Shown piece after piece: positions 25,682-32,000 of a DNA stretch of 32,000 nucleotides. Origin of the DNA: Candidatus Saccharimonadota bacterium. Lineage in GTDB: Archaea > Micrarchaeota > Micrarchaeia > Micrarchaeales > Micrarchaeaceae. The DNA lies in contig NZ_CP019964.1 in NCBI RefSeq assembly GCF_002214165.1, positions 210,001 to 242,000 on the forward strand, in the 5' to 3' direction. A program made the translations under genes and the position numbers. The stretch's first letter is position 1, and every line of letters starts with the position of its first letter. Under the pieces are notes generated by a model. That model was not told the DNA's origin. It made no database searches and saw nothing but the letters and a program-made list of their open reading frames with translations.

Positions 25682-25955
25682 AATAGCATTTTACGGTATC
25701 CTAATAGCAATTACTATACTTATAGCAATAGGCACTATAGTTCAATATATTAACTATATCGATTCGACCGAATCCATTAACTCCTATTTAAACTCCTATA
25801 TATGCCATTTAAATTTGGGCATACAAGAGAGATTACTCAGCAAAAGCAATATAAGTACAATCTATATCGACAACCTTAAGAGCATAGGGTTAATAGATAG
25901 GTTTAGCGTCAAGGAATACCAAAATAGACAATTTGTAGTTGTCGAATGCTCTTAA
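25653..25955 (+). CDS. Small N-terminally anchored membrane protein, last gene of the operon
   Basis: The N-terminus is MEIYVFWGVKIAFYGILIAITILIAIGTIV, with no clear QxSxE. It overlaps the preceding gene by 29 nt, or 44 nt if ATG 25638 is used. Confidence 0.4.
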   Translation: MEIYVFWGVKIAFYGILIAITILIAIGTIVQYINYIDSTESINSYLNSYICHLNLGIQERLLSKSNISTIYIDNLKSIGLIDRFSVKEYQNRQFVVVECS

Positions 25956-26107
25956 TAAGCATAAATAGGGATAAGGGCAGGACATAGCCCTGTACTAAAT
26001 GCTTATAAGGCTAGGACCAATAAATAAAATTCAAGAAATTCACAAAAACTTATAAAGTTAATAGGACAATAATAGCATTGTTGGCAGTACAATACTTATT
26101 ATGATAA

Positions 26108-26179
26108 GCCCTGGTGGTGTAAAGGCTAGCACGAAGGACTGTGGATCCTTAAGTTCGGGTTCGATTCCCGGCCAAGGCC
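26108..26179 (+). tRNA. tRNA-His (anticodon GUG), no intron
   Basis: The acceptor GCCCTGG/CCAAGGC has one C-A mismatch. The D-arm is GTGT-AAAGGCTA-GCAC and the anticodon arm is AAGGA-CTGTGGA-TCCTT. The variable loop is 4 nt, the T-arm is TCGGG-TTCGATT-CCCGG and the discriminator is C. Confidence 0.8.
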
Positions 26180-26183
26180 TTTT

Positions 26184-27875
26184 TCAGAAGAAATGTACTG
26201 CAAACCCCCTAGTCATCTGTTTTTCGAATTTATGGAATGAACTGGTATTCTTTTTTATATCCTTTACCATACTCTTGTAAAGTATCTTTTCCTGTGCGTC
26301 AAGTTTTCCTTCCTTTACTATAGTTTGCTTTTTGCCATCTACTATCTGGGTTTCTGTTTTGCTTATTACTTCCTTCTTTACCATAAGGTACCATTCGTCT
26401 AGAGAGCTGCCAACATTTTCATCTACCTTACCTTTTATGACTTTAACCAAATCCCCTGTCGACAGCTTGGTCTTTACTCGGGTGTTATATTCTTTAAGCA
26501 GTGGAATCATTATTGCTTTATCGCATATCTTCTCTATATCTGCAGGAGAGTATCCTATTGTGGCTCTAGAAAGCCTGCCCAAATGAAGCTTTTTATGAGG
26601 TTTATTAGAAGTATAAAATTCAAACAAATGCTTTCTCTCTTTATAATTTGGAGGTGGTATGTAAAGCGCATCACCAAATCTACCCGATCTCTTTAATGCT
26701 GGATCTATATCCCAGGGCTGGTTTGTAGCACCAATTACATATATGCCTTCAGGGTTTTTTTCTACACCGTTCATTTCGACCAAAAATTGATTTACTGCCA
26801 GTCTCAATGCGGATCCTTCACCTCCACTATCTCCGCCCCCTCTTTTAACACCTAAAGCATCAAGTTCATCAAAAAATATTATACAGGGTGTATTCTTTCT
26901 AGCTTGTTCAAATATAGCATGCAAGTTCTTTTCTGTATTGCCCGTATACATATCAACTATCTGATTTGTCCTAGCTATTATCACATTAGCTCCAGCCTCT
27001 CCTGCCACCGCATTTACTGTATATGTCTTACCTACCCCAGGAGGCCCATAAAGAAGAAGGCCCACCCCAAGCTTTTTGCCATAATGCTTAAACAATTCAG
27101 GATTTTTTATTGCGAGTACCACATTATCATTCAGAAAACGCTTTAGCTTTTCCTCTCCTACAACGTCTTTGAATGTCATATTCGATTTATAAAAAGGAAC
27201 CTTCTTTATCTGGCCTTCTTCTATCTCCTCTTTATTATCATCCTCTGTGCTGTTATCCCCAGCTCCTGGCCATAAATTGCCTCCCTTACTTAACCTGTCT
27301 AGTTCACTACCGATATCATCTAGATTCTCTGTGCTGCTGCTAGATTGATTAGGATAAGAGTTGCCCAATCCTGAAGAAGATCCAATTTTTGATGACGCTT
27401 CACTATGTATAAGTTTATCAATATTCTTTATTCTATCCTTTGCTTCAGAATAATCCGGATTTTTAGCTAATGATCTTTCATACCACATCCTAGCTTCAGG
27501 GTAATCCTTCTGGGATTCTAAAATGTCTCCTATAAGCAAAGGTGCATCATAACTGGATGGTTGCAGCAATATAACTTTTTCCAAATCCTCCCTGGCTTCA
27601 TTATACTTCTTTTGAATCCTCTCTGTAAGGGCTTTATTGAAATAGGCATCAGCATATTTTGGGTCTATTGAAATAGCCTGGTTGTATTCACTTATTGCCT
27701 TTTCAAATTCATCATCCTCAAAAAATCCGTTGCCTTTTTTCCAGTGATCTTTTGCCTCTGGATTTACTGCCTTTTCATTATTATCATTTGTGTTTTTGGC
27801 TAGGTTATCTGTTTCTAACATATCCGAATCATCAGCATTGCCTTCATCGTCAGGCAAGTTATTTTCAATAGCCAT
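26184..27875 (-). CDS. TPR-repeat AAA+ ATPase (classical AAA clade, single ATPase module)
   Basis: It has an acidic N-terminus and about three TPR repeats (e.g. AISEYNQAISIDPKYADAYFNKA). A Ser-rich linker follows, then Walker A LLLYGPPGVGKTY, Walker B IIFFDELDA and SRH ATNQPWDIDPALKRSGRFG, then a C-terminal extension of about 80 aa. Confidence 0.85.
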   Translation of the reverse strand: MAIENNLPDDEGNADDSDMLETDNLAKNTNDNNEKAVNPEAKDHWKKGNGFFEDDEFEKAISEYNQAISIDPKYADAYFNKALTERIQKKYNEAREDLEKVILLQPSSYDAPLLIGDILESQKDYPEARMWYERSLAKNPDYSEAKDRIKNIDKLIHSEASSKIGSSSGLGNSYPNQSSSSTENLDDIGSELDRLSKGGNLWPGAGDNSTEDDNKEEIEEGQIKKVPFYKSNMTFKDVVGEEKLKRFLNDNVVLAIKNPELFKHYGKKLGVGLLLYGPPGVGKTYTVNAVAGEAGANVIIARTNQIVDMYTGNTEKNLHAIFEQARKNTPCIIFFDELDALGVKRGGGDSGGEGSALRLAVNQFLVEMNGVEKNPEGIYVIGATNQPWDIDPALKRSGRFGDALYIPPPNYKERKHLFEFYTSNKPHKKLHLGRLSRATIGYSPADIEKICDKAIMIPLLKEYNTRVKTKLSTGDLVKVIKGKVDENVGSSLDEWYLMVKKEVISKTETQIVDGKKQTIVKEGKLDAQEKILYKSMVKDIKKNTSSFHKFEKQMTRGFAVHFF

Positions 27876-28134
27876 ATAAGCACTTCAATATTATATACCA
27901 CATTTAATTTTTAAATTCTTTCCATATAAATTAATTTAAAGCAAAAAGTAAAATATTATTGTTTTACCAATATTTAAAGATAGTGATTTTATAACAAAAA
28001 TACCGCATGGGCAGATAGTTACAGACAAATTTCCTATACTGAGTGCAAGCAAAACACCCAATATAGATATCAAAACCTATAAACTTAGAATATACGGAAG
28101 TGTAGAGAATGAGCTTTCATTTACTTGGGAACAA

Positions 28135-28599
28135 TTGATGGGACTTCCAATGTCAAGGGTTAAGGTAGATATACATTGTGTAACAAGGTGGTCCAGGCTA
28201 GGCGATATTTGGGAAGGTATAAAGCTAAAGTACCTACTAGATATGGTTAAGCCCAAGGGCAATTTCCTAATGTTAAGAAGTTCATATGTAGGATATTCTG
28301 CAAATGTGCCAATGAGCTATATAAATGAAGACTGCATGGTAGCATTCAAGTTCAATAACCTCCCACTTGAAAAAGAGCATGGTGGGCCAGTTAGGGCTTT
28401 TATACCAACTCTTTATTTTTGGAAGAGCACTAAATGGTTAGATGAAATAGAGGTTATGGATGAGGACAAAGCCGGATTTTGGGAAAAGCGTGGCTATAAT
28501 ATGAGAGGCGATTATAACAAAGAGGAGCGTTATTGGGATGGCTTAAATTTTGTGAATAAATTAGTATTCTTTGGAAATAAAGATAAAGACGATGAATAA
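28135..28599 (+). CDS. Small sulfite-oxidase-family molybdopterin-binding oxidoreductase domain protein (YedY/MsrP-like core); true start probably upstream
   Basis: It has DIHCVTRWS (the Moco-ligand Cys context), HGGPVR and YFWKS.KW. Coordinates follow the ORF track (TTG 28135), but homologous sequence continues in frame upstream to about 27991 (see findings). Confidence 0.8.
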   Translation: MMGLPMSRVKVDIHCVTRWSRLGDIWEGIKLKYLLDMVKPKGNFLMLRSSYVGYSANVPMSYINEDCMVAFKFNNLPLEKEHGGPVRAFIPTLYFWKSTKWLDEIEVMDEDKAGFWEKRGYNMRGDYNKEERYWDGLNFVNKLVFFGNKDKDDE

Positions 28600-28739
28600 A
28601 ATCACAATATCTAAAGCAACAAAGAACATTACCCCTGCTTTTTAAAATACATAATCTAATAGTCTATTGTATCCGCGATCTTAATTAGCACCAGGCGAAG
28701 TTAAACAAAAGGTTAATATTAACTTATGCAGATAGTTAA

Positions 28740-29726
28740 ATGAAATACATGTTTGTCAACCAAAACAATGACAAATCAGATTGCAAAAATGGCAGCTTTA
28801 ATAGTACCAGCAACCGACAGATCCTAGATACAATTTATAAAAAAGATAAAAAGTTCATAAATTCTTGTTATCTGGATATACTAGAAAAATCATTTGAAGG
28901 AGACATTCGAATTACAAAGAGCAGTGATTATCTATTTGAAATTTCAAAAAAATTTGTTAATCAAGCAATAGATTCTACCTATAAAATATTCACAAAGGCA
29001 TTTCCCGATTTTGCCCATTATAATAAAGGCCAAATAGCTGTAGAAAAATTTGATTACAAAGGTTTAAGATACAAAGATGGGGAGTATGAAGCTTCAGGTA
29101 TATATAAAAACGGCACCATATGCATAAATATGGATTACCTAATAAAGGATGAGGTAATCGCCATAAAACGTCTGGCAAAAAAGTACAAAAGCAAAGAAGA
29201 ATTCATTGAGGCGCTCAAATCCAATAATACATGGGGAAATAACCTGATGAAGTCCTTGTTATATCTATATTCTACAACTTGTCATGAAGTATTTCATCAT
29301 TTACAGTATGTGTATGTATCCCCAAATATAGATGAAAAAGATAATCCTAAATCAAACTGGTTATACATAGAGGGCAGTGCAAGTTATTTTGACAACTTCA
29401 TGATGCATTTACTAATAAATGGGCCAGATACTATAATTGATAATTTGAAGTACTCTGCAGCTCAGGACTTATACAAAATTGCAAAAAATCTAGATGGTCT
29501 CAAAAACCCAAAGGCAAAAGACAAATACGGCAACCATCACTTAGGGTCAGCATTGTTTTCAATAATAAGTTGCAGGTTAGATTTTGATATCGTAGAATAC
29601 CTTAAATTTCTTAAAATTCTATCATCAAAAAGAAAGCTCTCTGATAACAATTTGATATCATTAATTGAAAAAGAATATGGTCCTGAATTTGATAAAATGC
29701 TAAATGTAGCCAAGTTAAAAAGATAA
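28740..29726 (+). CDS. Putative zinc metalloprotease (HExxH ... W-x-x-x-EG, peptidase MA-like pattern)
   Basis: It has CHEVFHH followed about 24 aa later by NWLYIEGSASYF. Otherwise the sequence is unrecognised and very AT-rich. Confidence 0.5.
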   Translation: MKYMFVNQNNDKSDCKNGSFNSTSNRQILDTIYKKDKKFINSCYLDILEKSFEGDIRITKSSDYLFEISKKFVNQAIDSTYKIFTKAFPDFAHYNKGQIAVEKFDYKGLRYKDGEYEASGIYKNGTICINMDYLIKDEVIAIKRLAKKYKSKEEFIEALKSNNTWGNNLMKSLLYLYSTTCHEVFHHLQYVYVSPNIDEKDNPKSNWLYIEGSASYFDNFMMHLLINGPDTIIDNLKYSAAQDLYKIAKNLDGLKNPKAKDKYGNHHLGSALFSIISCRLDFDIVEYLKFLKILSSKRKLSDNNLISLIEKEYGPEFDKMLNVAKLKR

Positions 29727-29741
29727 ACAAGTTCAAGTATT

Positions 29742-30737
29742 TTAGTCTCTAATAAACTTTTTCATCTCCCACAAATGGTTGTATAAGCGTATATATTTAT
29801 CTCTCAACTTGTGGTCACCCTCTCCATCTATCTTATCCTCTAATTTATATATAGCGCGATCCAATCTATTCCCAAAAGCATATCCTGAGTAATCCCTGCC
29901 ATTCTGATTTGACATTTCAAAATCTATGTAATTTACTCTTTTTGTGAAATTTATCTCAATATCTCTTTTATAAGCATCCCTAATTAATTCCGAATTTAAA
30001 TTATCCGCGTTTTCGCTTAAGAAATCAAGCAATCCTTTGGATATATCATTTGGAGGTATAATCTCTATTTCTCTTTTTATACCTAAATAATAATAACTCA
30101 AAATGTAATGGCTTCCCTTCTCCTGTTTTGATGCCAAGTTATTTAAAAGGTATAAAAAGCTTTTACGCTGTACTTTAAATTTAGTTGACTCCTTTAGAAT
30201 GTAACTTGTTGTAGAATTGTCTGGGTATAACCAAACATAATAAGATTTTGAGTTATGTTCAAAGGTCGATAAAGCATTCATTTTTACCTTTTCTAAATCT
30301 TTGTTTACTTCGCTCTTATAGTCAAATTCGATCCTTACTTTATTATAATCTTTATCCAGCCAATAAGCAAAAGTTTCAAATTGATTATAAAACTTGCTTA
30401 AATAATCAAGTGACCTTAATTTGTTAGCGGGGCCAGAGAAAACATATTCTTTAGGTTTATCGTTTTCTAGATACTCCAAAATATAACTAAACTTGGCTGA
30501 TTGATATAATGATGTGGTATTATCAGGATTTAAATGTAAATTAAGAAAACTTACCTTCCTAATATTAGCATGTTTTGAATGCTCTAATGAGTTTATTAAT
30601 TCATTAGCTTGGTTACCATTTTTGCACTGTATCGTCAGTTCAATATGCTTTTGATTATCATTAAACCTTGTCATGTCCAAAAAGGTTATCCTCTCAAAAT
30701 CCTTTCCAACGCCATAATTCAAATCTTTCACAACCAT
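29742..30737 (-). CDS. Hypothetical protein (331 aa)
   Basis: A long uninterrupted ORF in an AT-rich region where random stop codons would be frequent. I recognise no motif. Confidence 0.6.
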   Translation of the reverse strand: MVVKDLNYGVGKDFERITFLDMTRFNDNQKHIELTIQCKNGNQANELINSLEHSKHANIRKVSFLNLHLNPDNTTSLYQSAKFSYILEYLENDKPKEYVFSGPANKLRSLDYLSKFYNQFETFAYWLDKDYNKVRIEFDYKSEVNKDLEKVKMNALSTFEHNSKSYYVWLYPDNSTTSYILKESTKFKVQRKSFLYLLNNLASKQEKGSHYILSYYYLGIKREIEIIPPNDISKGLLDFLSENADNLNSELIRDAYKRDIEINFTKRVNYIDFEMSNQNGRDYSGYAFGNRLDRAIYKLEDKIDGEGDHKLRDKYIRLYNHLWEMKKFIRD

Positions 30738-30882
30738 ATAAACCGTTTAATTGTTTAACTGGTGTACTTTAAAAACTATTTGTACAAATGCAAATTTCAA
30801 ATACAAATAAAATAAAAGTTTATTTAACCAAAAGGCGAAAAGCTTATATATTAATTAACAAGATAATTTATTTGGTAATGAT

Positions 30883-31344
30883 ATGGATAATGCTCATAGC
30901 AATACGGTTTTAATAAATAATAAGGCAACATCTAAGAAAACTGATATGGTAGATGCAATAATAAAAGATGAAAATAGGCTGATCAGATTAAACCGATTCA
31001 AATTTTTAAGGAATGAAGAATATAGGTTAAGTGAAAAGAAAAAGCTATATGCAGATATAAAGCTGGATTTGGAATCGCTTAATGAAAAAGGAGCTCTTGA
31101 TTACCTGAGAGATAGCATATACATGTTAAGAGAGAACAAGCAGAAAAATCTCTATGGGGTAAACATAAGTGATATCTACCAAAAATTGGATAAAAGAGTT
31201 TTAAACGACGCCAACAATGAAATTAACAACAATTCAAATTTCACGAATTATACGGTTATTATACTAGATACAAAGAATAATAGAAAACTGGCATCAAACT
31301 TCATTTCACGTATCATTTCAAGTAAAGCATTTTCCAATTTCTGA
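30883..31344 (+). CDS. Hypothetical protein (153 aa), Asn/Lys-rich
   Basis: The ORF is the only support. It is divergent from the 331-aa gene. Confidence 0.45.
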   Translation: MDNAHSNTVLINNKATSKKTDMVDAIIKDENRLIRLNRFKFLRNEEYRLSEKKKLYADIKLDLESLNEKGALDYLRDSIYMLRENKQKNLYGVNISDIYQKLDKRVLNDANNEINNNSNFTNYTVIILDTKNNRKLASNFISRIISSKAFSNF

Positions 31345-31382
31345 ATAGCTTTAGTTTTTTATTATTAACAAAAATTAACAAA

Positions 31383-32000
31383 TTACGCTTTTAATGGATA
31401 ACTGTATATAGATATTTTAACCCCGTCCTTACCAAATATCAAATTTAATCTTTGTTGGTCAACTTTGCGGTCCCTCGGATTTTCTTTTTCTATAGATATC
31501 AAATGGATAAATTTTACACCAAGATCTGCCACTGCTAATTTTAAGTCCGGCATTATGTTATTTGTATCTGATTGCAATATATAAGCAGAAAAATGGTTTA
31601 AAGAAAGTTGGTCAAGCAATCCCGAGTATCCAGGCTTTGAGGGATTAGCTAATATTAATTCATGTATTTTATCGTCTTTTGGTACCTTTATATCTTCGAT
31701 TCTGATAAGTCTTCCATCAATTTTAGTTTCGGGGAACTCACTTTTAAGTTTATCAACTTGTAAATTAAGATTATCTTTTTCCAATTCATCTATACTATCA
31801 AAATCTAATTTTCGGTATTGTGATATCAAACTTTCTTCCAAATCCGGATCCGCTGATTTTCCCCTCTTTATAATACCAAATACTTTATTCATTGCCCCGC
31901 AATCTGTATGTGCCAGCAGAATAATCTCACGTATATCCTTATTCTTTATCAAATCCTTAATCTCTTTTGCCACTGGGTATACATTCGCACCCGCATTTCT
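31383..32000 (-). CDS. Cab-type beta-carbonic-anhydrase-like protein, N-terminus beyond the window edge
   Basis: The frame stays open past the ORF-track GTG to position 32000. It reads RNAGANV....(27 aa)....ILLAHTDCGAM, matching the RNAG..V / HTDCG zinc-site blocks of Cab-type beta-CAs. The upstream CxDxR block would lie outside the window. Confidence 0.5.
   Translation of the reverse strand, partial: RNAGANVYPVAKEIKDLIKNKDIREIILLAHTDCGAMNKVFGIIKRGKSADPDLEESLISQYRKLDFDSIDELEKDNLNLQVDKLKSEFPETKIDGRLIRIEDIKVPKDDKIHELILANPSKPGYSGLLDQLSLNHFSAYILQSDTNNIMPDLKLAVADLGVKFIHLISIEKENPRDRKVDQQRLNLIFGKDGVKISIYSYPLKA

Noticed and set aside
26107-26179. Alternative tRNA-His register using G26108 as an encoded G-1.
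   Set aside because: That register requires acceptor CCCTGGT paired to GCCAAGG. It destroys the T-arm: the loop becomes GTTCGAT and the stem has a T-C mismatch. It also leaves a single nucleotide before the D-stem. The register with A at -1 keeps every other arm canonical.
26184-27875. TPR-AAA protein as a Vps4/CdvC cell-division ATPase.
   Set aside because: The N-terminal repeats read as TPRs, not a three-helix MIT domain. The SRH region (RSGRFG) looks like the classical Cdc48/FtsH-type clade and not the meiotic clade. No CdvA/CdvB (ESCRT-III) genes are nearby.
1-32000. CRISPR arrays, IS elements, rRNA genes and toxin-antitoxin pairs.
   Set aside because: I found no regularly spaced direct repeats of CRISPR size, no terminal inverted repeats flanking a transposase-like ORF, no rRNA-like conserved segments, and no small two-gene cassettes with recognisable toxin or antitoxin motifs.

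Overview
The window is archaeal, and all calls below come from reading the sequence and the ORF track only; no searches were run. The first third is an informational core. It holds the 3' part of an aCPSF1-type beta-CASP RNase, then the RNA polymerase operon rpoH-B''-B'-A'-A'' with a split B subunit, then an Sm-like protein gene. Next come housekeeping and accessory genes: malic enzyme, an RCK-type pore-loop channel, a PEBP protein, a C39-like protein, a 1065-aa membrane-anchored beta-helix surface protein and ATP-dependent DNA ligase. The main accessory feature is a tightly packed ten-gene Tad/Epd-like type IV filament operon at 19841-25955. It encodes an ATPase, two half-size platform proteins, a very short QxSxE pilin and six more genes, five with a recognisable prepilin-like N-terminus. 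A divergent winged-helix gene and two perfect palindromes sit in the shared promoter region, and no prepilin peptidase is present in the window. Four tRNA genes are present. tRNA-Ala and tRNA-Leu carry short insertions inside the T-loop (non-canonical introns). tRNA-Thr has a canonical anticodon-loop intron. tRNA-His lacks a genome-encoded G-1. The right end contains a TPR-AAA+ ATPase, a small Moco-domain oxidoreductase with no canonical start codon in front of its conserved N-terminus, a very AT-rich block of hypothetical genes including an HExxH protein, and a partial Cab-type beta-carbonic-anhydrase-like gene. The split rpoB, T-loop tRNA introns, AT-rich compact layout and class III signal peptides fit a small-genome euryarchaeal or DPANN (Micrarchaeota/ARMAN-like) lineage, but this cannot be confirmed from the window. 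I saw no CRISPR array, IS element, integrase or rRNA.
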